From Octopus sinensis (lineage: Eukaryota), in contig NC_043001.1 of the NCBI RefSeq assembly GCF_006345805.1, positions 39,432,001 to 39,496,000 of the forward strand: 64,000 bases of DNA, read 5' to 3'. The notes beneath the pieces were generated by a model. It was not told the DNA's origin, searched no databases, and saw only the letters and a program-made list of their open reading frames with translations. The stretch's first letter is position 1. The number at the start of each line of letters is the position of its first letter. The translations under genes were made by a program, and so were the position numbers. Positions 52,512 to 64,000 of the stretch are shown in pieces.

Positions 52512-53204
52512 TGGTGGCTGCCCCCTCGTTAGTGAGTATGGCCATTGCACGAAGCTTAATCAATGTTTTTATCGTGCAATGCCTGTGCAAGAAGATTTTT
52601 TTTAAGTGAGGAAAGGCTGTGCACTGAGTCAATCCCACTCACTAAGCAACTGCAGCCATAATCCGAAAATAAGAACAAGTCAACATCATCAGTAACCACT
52701 GAGCCACAGGTTTTATGTCGGAGTTATCCCTGTTACATGAGTTACATTCTCCTAGAAGGATGCCTTAACAAAGGCTAGGAGTCCTTCACTCCAAATGGTT
52801 TAACCGCACGATCGAGTATTTAGTCCGATTATTTCTGACCCCACACATGATACAGCCTTAAGACATTTATTGGATGGCCGTTGACTCTCAAGAGTTCCTC
52901 TGCCCTTTAACGGGTTTTGTTATTCATCCCACAGGGCGTCCAATAAACACCCTCCTCACCAAGCAAGCTTGGTGGGGTTGCCGGTTTAGTCGCCGACGAC
53001 CTGACCATGCAACAGGTTGTACTGGGTTACATGTTACCAGTAGCACTCGAAAGTGACCTGACATACATATACACACACATACATACATATATACACATAT
53101 ACATATAGATATCTATACATATAGATATCTATACATATACATTTATACACACATATATATACATACATTTATACATGCATATATACATATAAATCTATAG
53201 ATAT

Positions 53205-53243
<39 letters not shown>

Positions 53244-53399
53244 TACATATGCATCTATACGTATATATGTATACATATACATCTATATATATACCTACAG
53301 ATATATATACACATATATATATGCACACAAGTATACATGTATATATGTTATGTGAAATAAGTTTCACTTTTAATAGTTTCGCTATTAATGGTGAAACTG

Positions 53400-53663
53400 T
53401 TAAAGTGAAACTATTATCTCACATTACAATAGAGATGTTATTGTTTCATGTTTGACATGTAATGCTGAAACAGTGTAAGAGATTGCTTCTGGCTCATATT
53501 AGACAAGAAGTTGAAAATTTATTTTGGCCCATGACACTTCATGAACCCTAAGCAGTGCATTTGTAAAATTTGAACGAAATCGGTTGGATACTTCTTGAGT
53601 TTTAGTGATGCACACATACAGATACTCAGACAGACACACATTCTCAGTTTTATATACATAGAT
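53400..53663 (-). mobile_element. Helitron-like non-autonomous element 5' end
   Basis: Resembles 14040-14139 (catgaacc..., acagacac..., tatatacatagat); TC start on the minus strand. Confidence 0.4.
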
Positions 53664-53999
53664 AAATCTGTGGATTCATATGCCCATAAAAGAACTTGAT
53701 CATCTATAATTTAGTTCTGAATTCAATGATGAAATAAAATCCATGGTTAGCTTCTTTATATAGGACTGGACTCATGAATTAAATCAAATTTAGTTGACTT
53801 CATGTTATTTAAAATATTTTCCAAGTAAATGTATGTGGAGACATCACTTCCTTCACAAGACTTTATCTTGCAAAGACTCTAACAAGTACTGTGAAAGTTT
53901 GAGATTTTATGTTTTACAACTTTAGAACTAAGCTAAATTGCATTTTATTTATTTAAATGCTTGAATGTTGTCAGGTCGGAAGAGAGATCAGATGAAAAA

Positions 54000-56900
54000 T
54001 GCCTAAAAAATGACGATCACCACCACAACAACCCTCTTCTTTTCAGGCGCTGAATTGCACCCTCCCCACCACATTACCTTCCCAGTTTTCAGAGTTGGCA
54101 CTGTCAATGCTGGTACACTGAAAGGTAGGTCTAGTGAGATTGTAGAGATGCTTGAGAGAAGACAGGATGATGTATGCTGCATACAAGAGGTAAGATGGAG
54201 AGGCGCTTCAGCTAGGGTCCTCACAGGCAAGGTACATAGGTATAAAGTCTTCTGGCAAGGTAACATGGATGGTGTAGGGGGTGTAGGCATTCTCCTTGCA
54301 GAGAAATGGGTGGATAAGGTCATAGAGGTTGTCAGGGTTTGCGATAGAGTGCTTAAGCTCAGGTTAGTCCTCCAGAGTGGCACAGCTACGATTATCTCCA
54401 CCTATGCCCCACATGCGGGGCTACCAAATGATCAGAAGGACCACTTTTATGATACCCTTCTACAGGCTACCTCAAAGACGAGTGGCAAGGACCTCATCTT
54501 TGTGGGTGGAGATTTTAATGGGCATGTTAGGCGGGAATCAGGTATCTTCACTGGGGTACATGGTGGCCATGGTAGTGGCACCAGAAATGATGAGGGAACT
54601 AGACTACTGGAATTCTGTGATGCATGTAACCTTTTAATCTGCAACACTAACTTCAGGAAGCCTGACTGCCACCTTAGAACCTATCAGTCAGGAGACTCCG
54701 CTAACCAAATAGACTTCATCCTCACCAGACAGCGGGATGCAGGGTTGCTCTTAAATACAAAGACCCTCCCGGGTGAAGGATGTACCCCTCAGCATCGGCT
54801 AATTATTAGTGACTTTAGGCTTGAGGCCAGAAGGATTTCAAGAAACAGACCAATCCAGAAAAGAGGGATTTGGAAACTAAAGAACCCTTCACATGGTCAG
54901 AGATTTAGGGACATCCTCATCAAGAAATTTGATGAGAGGGAGGAGGAGCTACAGACGTCGGACATAGAAGGTAGCTGGAAATTCCTATGGGACAGCTTGC
55001 TGAGTGCCACAGACCAAGTCTGTGGATGGTGCAAAGTCCCTTCCAGACCTAGAGTTACGTGGTGGTGGAATAGTGTAGAAGACAAAGTCATTAGTGCAAA
55101 GAAACAGGCCTGGAAAGCCTGGTGGGATGGGGGTAGCAGAGAACTGTACCAGGCAGCCAAAAAGGAGGCTGGGTGGCAGGTATACATAGCCAAAGATGTA
55201 GCAGAAAAGAAGAAGTTTGCCAATGTCCAGCGACGTGAGGACCAAAGAACTGAGGTATTTCGGATTGCTAAACAGTGTGTGAGAGAAAATAGTGATGTTA
55301 CAGGAGAGAAATGTGTCCTCATGGATGATGGGGCACTTGCTTTTAATGATGGTGAAAAGAAAGAGGCTTGGAGAAGCCATTATGAAAGACTGCTGAATGT
55401 GGAGAATGAATGGGAGGAGGAGAGCCTGCCAAATGTTGACCCAGTAGAGGGACCAGCTATCTGAATAGAGATCTCCCTTGTAGTTAAGGCAATTAACGGT
55501 ATGAAACCAGGTAAAGCCCCCGGCCCTTCAAGAAGCACTGCTGAGATGCTTAAAACAGCTGGTTATGTTGTCTATGGCCTAGGCACCCGCATTGTAAATC
55601 AGGTAGTTCATAATGGAGTCATACCCAATGACTGGCATAGCAGCACCATAGTCAACTGCTACAAGGGTAAGGGTGATGCTCAAGATAGAAATAACTACCG
55701 GGGTATTAAACTGTTGGGTCAGGTGATGAAGGTCTTAGAGAGGGTCATAACCCATCTCATTAGGGAGAGAATTTGCTTAGATGAGATGCAGTTTGGTTTT
55801 GTGCCGGGTAGAAGCACCACTGATGCTATATTCCTGGTCCGACAACTGCAGGAGAAGTACCTAGCTAAAGATAAACCCCTCTACATAGCTTTTGTGGACT
55901 TGGAGAAAGCCTTTCACAGGGTCCCCCGATCCCTTATCTGGTGGTCGATGCAGAAACGGGAGATTGACGAATGGCTAATAAAGGCTGTACAGGCCCTATA
56001 CAGAGAGGCTGTCAGCAAGGTTAGAATTGGCAATATAGTGAAGAATTCCGGGTAGAAGTAGGTGTACACCAAGTCTCAGCCCTCAGTCCCCTTTTATTCA
56101 TCATAGTCCTCCAGGCAATAACAGAGGAACTCAAAACAGGTTGCCCCTATGCTGATGACCTGGCTCTCATAGTAGAATCACTACCGGAACTAGAAAAGAA
56201 ATTTCGGGTGTGGAAGCAAGGGTTAGAATCAAAGGGCCTTACAGTCAATATAGCAAAGGCCAAAGTTATAGTAAGCAGAAAGGCAAACTCAGCACACACA
56301 CCTTCGAGCAGGTGGCCCTGCTCGATCTGTAGGAAAGGTGTAGGTAGAAACTCCATAAGATGTACCCAGTGTAAGCTATGGACGCATAAGAGATGCAGCA
56401 ACGTCAAAGGGAAATTAACTGATAAGATAGCTTTCATTTGCGGCAGATACACAGGGACAATAGACACCACAGATACTCAGAAAACAGATCCCATCACACT
56501 CCAGGGGGAGAAACTAAAAGTAGTTGATAGTTTCTGCTACCTGGGTGACCAAGTTAGTAGTGGAGGTGGATGCTCAGAGAGTGTCACCACTAGAATACGA
56601 ATAGCCTGGGCAAAGTTTAGAAAGCTCCTACCCCTACTGGCGACAAAGGGTCTCTCGCTCAGAGTGAAAGGTAGATTGTATGATGCATGTGTGTGAAGTG
56701 CCATGCTTCACGGTAGTGAAACATGGGTGGTAACTGCAGAGGACATGCGTAGACTTGAAAGAAATGAAGCTAGCATGATCCGCTGGATGTGTAATGTCAG
56801 TGTGCATGCACGACAGAGGGTAAGTACCCTGAGAGAAATGCTGGACATAAGAAGCATCAGATGTGGTGTGCAAGAGCGACGCTTGCGATGGTATGGTCAT

Positions 56901-57621
56901 GTACTGCGGATGGATGAGGAGAGATGTGTGAAGAAGTGCTACTCCCAAACAGTTGAAGGTATCAGGGGGAGAGGTAGACACAGGAAGACATGGGATGAGG
57001 TAGTCAAGCATGACCTCAGAGCGTTGGGCCTCACAGAGGCAATGACGAAGGACCGAGATCTCTGGAGATATGCTGTGACTGCAAAGACCCAGGCTGCTTC
57101 CTGCACCAGTTCCGCATAGCCCCTGCCCATTCAAAGTACCTTGGATTTCAGAACATCCCACTGTGCTTGAGGAGACCGATTGAGTCAAGTACATGAGCAT
57201 CGAAATAAATATCAATGGAAATAGTAGTTGTGATACCTGTGCCGGTGGCACATAAAAAGCACCATCTGAACGTGGCCAATGCCAGCCTTGCCTCGTCTGG
57301 ATTCTGTGCCAGTGGCACGTAAAAAGCACCATCCGAACGTGGCCGATACCAGCGCCACCTCGACTGGCTGGTTCTTGTGCCGGTGGCACATTAAAAGCAC
57401 CAACCAATCATGGCCGATGCCAGACTCCCCTGGCACCTGTGCCGGTGGCACTTAAAAAGCACTCACTACACTCGCAGAGTGGTTGGCGTTAGGAAGGGCA
57501 TCCAGCTGTAGAAACACCGCCAGATCAGACTGGAGCCTGGTGCAGTCCTTGGCTTCCCAGACCCCGGTCAAACCGTCCAACCTGTGCTACCACGGAAAAC
57601 GGACGTTAAACGATAATGATG
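54000..57621 (+). mobile_element. Near full-length RTE-clade LINE (APE endonuclease + RT + PHD-like finger), inactivated by a few stops and frameshifts
   Basis: ORF 54010-55464 (VGTVNA, CIQEVRW, GGDFNGH, SANQIDFIL, HRL) is an APE domain. 55501-57119 holds RT motifs MQFGFVPGR, VDLEKAFH, YADD and FCYLG. 3' UTR repeats and a (GAT)n tail follow. Confidence 0.96.
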
Positions 57622-58559
57622 AATTCATTATTTTATTCTGACAAGAATATTTTCCCCCTCTTCCTTGTTGATATCTTCTGCTTAAATGACTTCTAAGTGA
57701 AATCTTAGTCTCAATTTTTAAAAAGGGATTTGATCAGCATTTAAAATATTTTTCTTGGGGCCCAATTATTTCTGTAAGTGATGAGATTAACTTTGTACTA
57801 CACTTTAACATGGTTACCATCCATTTCCACCTCAACATTTCTGTAGTCCTGGACTCATCTCTTTTATTCATCTATCACCAAATCCTTTATTTCTGATGCC
57901 TTATTTAATGTGCAAACACAGTTTCCCTCTAGTTGTCAACCTTGATGCACATCAGAACTGCAACAGAACTTTTCACTTTTTCATCTAAATAGTCATTAAT
58001 TATGAGAGCATACACTTCTGTAACTGTACGTTACATCTTTCAAAAGAGACCTGCCTACTCTCTTTTCTAATATGCTTTCCTTGTTCCACTACTTATAGAA
58101 AGAAACAATGAAGTTTTTCAAATAGAAGCTATATTAAAGAAACAAAGAAAATTTCAATGCAAATAAGAGCTTTTCTAATATGTTTCTAGACACACAAGAT
58201 AATATACTGACTGATTAAATTCAAACCAAATGCCACCCAAGTGATAATTACATAAATATGTAATTGAAAGCATATCTAATTATCAAAACATCGAAATGCA
58301 TAAGTATATTTAGAAAAGCAGTAAAAGAAAAACATTATTAGTTGATAGCTAATATCATTTTCAGCAATATGTACAGAAGAAGATTTCAAATGCATTTTAA
58401 CCTCAACTAAACTGTAACCTTTCTGTAAATTGCCAAAGCATTGGCAGGTATATTACGAGGTAAACCTACTGATTGATGAAAGATAAAAGTTTAATCTTTT
58501 GAAAGAAATTTTCTCTCAACTTTTCAAATAAACAACAGATAAAAATGTTATGTACTTAC

Positions 58560-58578
58560 TTTTTATTGTGTTTCACAC
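58560..58578 (-). CDS. Candidate 19-nt micro-exon (open only as phase 1->2: xVKHNK), possibly upstream part of the same gene
   Basis: Strong sites: catgtttacttttttcAG|gtgtgaaacacaataaaaa|GTAAGT. The other two frames contain stops. The link to the tyrosine exons is inferred. Confidence 0.35.
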
Positions 58579-60544
58579 CTGAAAAAAGTAAACATGATTT
58601 GTATAAAAATTGTCAATATCAAACACTTCTAGAAAGAGTAACAATTTTCTATTTCAAACATAACTATCATTAGTTATGGCATAATTTTATCAGAAGAAAT
58701 TTTATCTCCAGTTTTCCATAATGGTGAGATTTAGAAACAGCTTTTCCAATCTCTCTTAACACCCACATGAGATACAGTTCTTCCCATTCATCTCCCACTC
58801 TTCTTTTGCAGTCTCACAAACTTACCCATCCACTCACCCTATCCATCTTTTGGTTCTATGTCACTTGAATGCACCTCGCACCATCACACCAACATTTCTT
58901 CTCTCCACTCTCTCTCTCTTCTCTTTCTATCTCTCTCTCTCTTCAACTGAAGGAACCAAAGTATTGGGTTGTCTGGAAAGTTCGTTCCGATTTTTAAAGG
59001 AAAGAAAAAGGTCAATAAACACTTGCCATTACATTTTTAATCAACTAAATATGAACCATTTTGTTGCACCATCTTTCCTTTAACTTGAAAATACCCTCTT
59101 CCCAAAATTGAGGTGCCTGGGAGGGTAAGTCAAAAGGTAAGCTATTATAAATCAGCATGAACTTTCTGGACAACCCAATACTTTCTCTACTGCAAGACAC
59201 CTATATCTGTGTGTAGTGGTTGCCCCAGTAGAGTATATGTGTGTATGGATATATGTATGTATATTTGGAGGTATATGCGCATACTGATGCATATGTTTGG
59301 GTGTATGTGGATGTATACACAATATATATTAGTCATTAGTTTTATTTTGTGTGTGTTTGTACCTCTTCCCACTAACATTAACTGGCAAGGAAGAAAGACA
59401 ACTGATAAAAAACAATAAAATTGTTAATCAAAAAGTGTTTTATTTCTCTCTCTGGCAATATTTAATCTCCAGTCCATCTCCTTTTCTGGGTGGTTTTTTT
59501 TCTGTAGCTTTCTCTCATCAAATACTGAATATAAACTGCTTCCCCAATTGAACACAGTTAAGTGTTATCTCCCCAATAATATTTAATTCAACAATCCAGA
59601 AACATTACACATAAAGTTTACACATCTTTGAAGATTTTAAGTGTGTGTTTTCATTAGATAACAAAATATCACCTTTTGTTAATCAAATATATGTAAGATG
59701 GAGAAATTAAATATTCCATATAAAATGACTCATTCATTGTTATATATGTATGTATATTTTTTTCTCTTCATCTTCTAATAGAAACTACCCAACTTTCTAG
59801 GCTCTTCTTACAGCTATCCTGTATTCAAAGATTAAACGGGTATCTAAAAATGTTTCATTCAATAAATAATAAATTACATATACATTAACAGAATAAACTG
59901 TTGGTTTTCCAAATAGGGAATGAAAACTTAAAAGAGAAAGTGAGAGACCTTGCAAATGAGAAAGGAATACTCCACAGTGAATGCAATGAATATTTAAATT
60001 CATGAATTGGACACAGTGAATGCAATGAATATTTAAATCTGCGAGAAATTGGAATTTTAAAAAATTCAAGAAACTTGAGTAATTGAAATTATAGGAAATT
60101 TCTTAGAACATGGATTTATAAAGATATTTCCAGATGGTAAACCCTTTAATAATTGCTTTCTTTTAGTACTTTTAAAGCAGTTTTTTCCATTATAATATAA
60201 ACATACATACACACAAAAAAAAAAATGTGTGAGTGTGATGACAGATTTTCATGACTGAAAATCATAAAAAAGAGTAGGATATTGTCAAAGGAGTGTGAGT
60301 AGGGACTAGTCTTCACAAAAATGTAAAGAGTATGGGGTAGGGAAGACAGTTACTGGGGAAACTTGGGTAAATAAAGAGGGGGGGGACTGCAGAATAGCAA
60401 TGATACAGTGAGCAGAGAAGTGATGACAGAATTGGAGAGTGAGAGATTAGCATAGTGCATGGAAAGAAGAAATGTGAGGAAGAGAAAAGGTGTAGTTGAG
60501 GTAGGGTGTGTGAAAAGCTTTATTGTTACATGTAGGTAGAACAC

Positions 60545-63500
60545 ACAGCACTTCTAGGACTCGGTTTTGCTGAAGTGGGTGGGATCTTCTCAAGAACCTC
60601 ATATTGCCAGACATCTCAGGCCATTGTCATTTCCTCTGTGAAGCTCAGCATCCTGAGATTGGTCCTTACCACCTCATCCCATGTCTCCCTGGGTCTCCCT
60701 CTTCTATGGGTGCCATCTACTTTCAGTGATCAGTACTTCTTTATACAGCTGTCATCATTGATATGCACCACATGTCCAAACCAACGTTGCCTTCTCTCTT
60801 GCATATTGCATCTGACTTCTCTAATTCACAACTTTTCTCTCAGCACATTTGCGCTTTATTGTACATAGACACTGATGTTGCATATCTAACACAGCATACT
60901 GCTTTCATTCCTCTCTAGTCTATGCATCTCTTCTGCGTTCAGAGCCCATGTCTCACTACTATGAAGTATAGCTGTTTGCACACAAGCATCATACAATCTA
61001 CCTTTCACTCTGAAATAGAGTCTTTTTGTTGCCAACAGAGGTAATAGCTCTCTGAACTTTCTCTGCCTTATTCTTATTCTAAACAATACTTTCAGAACAT
61101 CCTCTGCCATTACTAATTTGGTCACCTAGGTAACAAAAACTATCTACAACCTCAAGCGAGAAAGCATCCTGGGCATTTGAGACAACTTTATCTGTTAACC
61201 TGCCTGTGATTCCACTGCACCTCTTATGTATCCATAAGCTATATGCAGCAAATGGAATAACTTCCAACTCCTTTCCTACATACTGAACTGGGCCATTTAC
61301 CTGATGGAAAGAAAGTCTTATCTGCTTTCTTGCTGACAACGACTTTGATTTTTGCTAGATTAACTTTAAGACCCTTTTATTCTAAGTTTTATTTCCATAC
61401 CGGGAATTTCTTCTCCAATTCTGCTACAGAATCTGCAATAAGAGCAAGGTCAATAGCATCCAGTTTTGAATTCCTCTGTTATGATCTGGAGGACTATGAT
61501 GAATAAGAATGGACTGAGAACTGAACTCTTATGAACCCCTACTTGTACACTAAGCTCATCACTGTATTTATGGCCAACTCTCACCTTACTGACAACACCA
61601 CCGTATATGGCTTGTAAAGCTCTAACAATTAACTCATCTACTCCTAACTTTCTTAGAGACCACCAGATGAGAGAGTGGGAAACTCTGTCAAAAGTTTTCT
61701 CCAGGTCAACAAAAGCCAAGTACAATGGCTTACTTTAACCAAATACTTTCCTGCAGCTGTCTCACTAGGAAAATGGCATCTGTGGTACTCTTCCTAGATA
61801 CAAAACTAAATTAAATCTCATTTAATTTAATTCTATTCCTAATCAACTGAGCTATAAAACTTTCTGTAAGTTTTATGATCTGGTCCAGCAGTTTGATACC
61901 TCTGTAGTTGTTTCTTTCTAAGACATCACCTTTATCCTTGTATGAGCTAACTATAATACTACTACATCAGTCATTGGGGATGATGCTTTCCTGAATAATC
62001 TGATTAACTATATGGTTGGCTAGGCCATATCCTACACTGCTAGATATTTTAATTATCTCGGCAGTGATTTCTGATGGCTTTCCCTGTCTTCATATTCTTA
62101 ATTGCCTTATCTATTATACTGGTATCAATACTAATGCTGGTCTCTCAGTTGATTCAACATTTGAAAGTCTCTCCTCCCATGCATTTTCCACATTTAGTAA
62201 CCTTTCATAGTGGCATTTCCATGCATCTTTCTTCTCTGAGTTACTAAGAGCAAATGTACCATTATCCATTCACACACATTTCTCACTCACCACATCTCTA
62301 TTCTCTCTGATACACTGCTTTGCAATCCTGAACACCTCACGCCTCTGATCCTTATGCTGTAAAACATTGGTAAACTTCTTACCTTCTGCTATTCCTTTTG
62401 CTATTTAAACCTGTCACCTAGCTTCCCTTCTTGCTTCCTGATATAATTCTTTGCTTCCACTATTTTTCCAGTCTTTCCAGGACAGTCTCTTTGCTTTGAT
62501 CGGACTGCCTACCTTTTTGACTCACCATCATGTCACCATAAGCCTAGATGGAACTTTACACCAACCACAGAATTGGCCAGCAGACTTTGGTAGTTTGTCC
62601 TGCAAGAACTTCCAATTGTTCACTAAGCTATATGTTCCCAACTTACCTCTCTTTTGTCAAAAGCTTCCATTAGACTATCTCTAAATTTCTGTCAGTTTGC
62701 TGGGTCTTTGAGCTTCCATAATCTTCTTTTCCAAAATGGTTTATTTCTCAGAGTCATTCGAGCTCTAATTCTGAAGTCACTTACTAGTAACCTATATTGG
62801 GTTGTACACTCTCCACCAAGGAAACACTTTGCATTTGCAAGTATCTGTCTATTTTGTTGTCTAGTGAGGGGGTAATCAATCTGGCTTATGTGCCCATCAG
62901 ACTGATAAGTGATTAGGTGGCAGTCTGATTTTCTGAAGCTAGTGTTGCAGATCATGAGATTATTTGCATCACAGAACTCCAGCAGCCTTGTTCCCTCCTC
63001 ATTCCTAGAACCAAAGCTATAACCACCATGTGCACCATGCTGCCCAGTATGTTCATTGTAGTCGTTGAGACCCCCTTCAGTCATGACTACCCTCCCAGTT
63101 ACAAGTCCGGGCAAGGTTGTTTATGGAAGACCAGCAGTCACCCATGCATACCAGCCTCCCCTCTCCACACCACCAATGTTATCCAAGGGAAAGGCAAGGG
63201 CCGATACAGCTTGGCACCTGTGATGTCGCAACTCATTTCTACAGCTGAGTGAACTGGAGCAACGTGAAATAAAGTGTCTTGCTCAAGAACACAATACGTA
63301 GCCCGGTCCAACTCACAACCTCACGATCATAAGCTCGATGCTCTAACCACTGAGCCATGCACCTTAACTGTTGTCACCAACTACAATAACTAAGTCACTG
63401 TCATTTGTCACTGAGGTAGTCTGCAGAAGAACCTCGTAAAATTGGTCCTTCTGGTCATCAACCAGCTCAGACAGTGGAACATATACAGAGATAAATGTAA

Positions 63501-63830
63501 CTGTTAATTTATCTATGATAAGTCTCAGCTCAATAACCCTATCACATATTCTGACTAATTCAATTACCTTTTCTACTTAATTTTCTGCTAAAAGTGTGCC
63601 AACACTACCCACTCCATCACTCCTGCCTACCCAGAAGAATTTGAACCTCTGTTTCTTACCCATGAGAAATCTAGTAGAGGCTCCTCTCCATCTTACTTCT
63701 TGCACACTACCACATCGACATGGTGATGCTCCAGCATTTCAATAATCTCACCAGACCTTCCTTTCATTGCACCAATGTTGATGGTAGTGGTCATAAAATT
63801 GTGTATTCAGGAGTGATAGTTGGAAAGCAG
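60545..63830 (-). mobile_element. Older RTE LINE copy (endonuclease to RT end), interrupted by a SINE
   Basis: MKGRSGEIIEML (63700-63780), DDQKDQFY (63430-63480), RLLEFCDANNLMICNTSFRK, YLAFVDLEKTFD and DSFCYLG segments. Confidence 0.88.
63080..63365 (-). mobile_element. tRNA-derived SINE inserted in the RTE endonuclease region
   Basis: Minus head aggtgcatggctcagtggttagagc... and central cttgagcaagacact motif; RTE coding sequence resumes on both sides. Confidence 0.65.
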
Positions 63831-64000
63831 TCGTTGTAGGACCTTTGTCAACACCTGAAAAGAAGATCTGCACAAGCACATGTCAGCTTGCACAGAACTT
63901 TGGTATATAGTTTATTCAATGAATTACAATTTCCTTAATCCCATACAACATCCAAATTAAGGGCCAACAATGAGGAGAGGTAAAGGGGGTATGCAAGTAT

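Noticed and set aside
54010-55464. 484-aa ORF as a host gene
   Set aside because: It is the APE endonuclease part of the RTE LINE ORF.
59970-60040. 41-bp-period direct duplication
   Set aside because: An ordinary local tandem duplication with no further structure.
60545-63365. LINE with a tRNA-derived SINE head as its promoter
   Set aside because: RTE endonuclease sequence continues beyond the SINE (63370-63800), so the SINE is an internal insertion.

Overview
AT-rich, microsatellite-saturated metazoan genomic DNA. The repeat content (tRNA-derived SINEs, RTE LINEs with (GAT)n tails, dense TA/CA/ATT/CAT arrays) resembles an octopod cephalopod genome; this is inference from recalled repeat families, not a database match. 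Most of the window is decayed transposons: about 8 large RTE LINE copies (one nearly full length at 54000-57621), many Penelope-like RT and GIY-YIG remnants, CR1/L2-group fragments, mariner, Tc1 and pogo relics, Helitrons, MITEs and SINEs. Nearly all ORFs in the supplied track are repeat artefacts. The main hidden feature is a minus-strand host gene that the ORF track misses. It has at least seven tiny (42 or 60 nt) symmetric phase-1 exons with AG/GTAAGT boundaries, spread over 11077-33192, which splice into a stop-free 116-codon array of tyrosine motifs (YASI, YATI, YAEI, YLCM, YAEI, YVNI, YLEM, YINV). The array arose by tandem duplication of exon-intron units that later took independent transposon insertions. 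It looks like the phosphotyrosine-docking cytoplasmic tail of a receptor or adaptor. Secondary signals include a complete minimal hammerhead ribozyme fold, hammerhead-like motifs in foldback elements, a perfect 95-bp-arm palindrome, a GG-terminated element with an 8-bp TSD and TTAGGG repeats, and a PHD-like finger inside the RTE reverse transcriptase.
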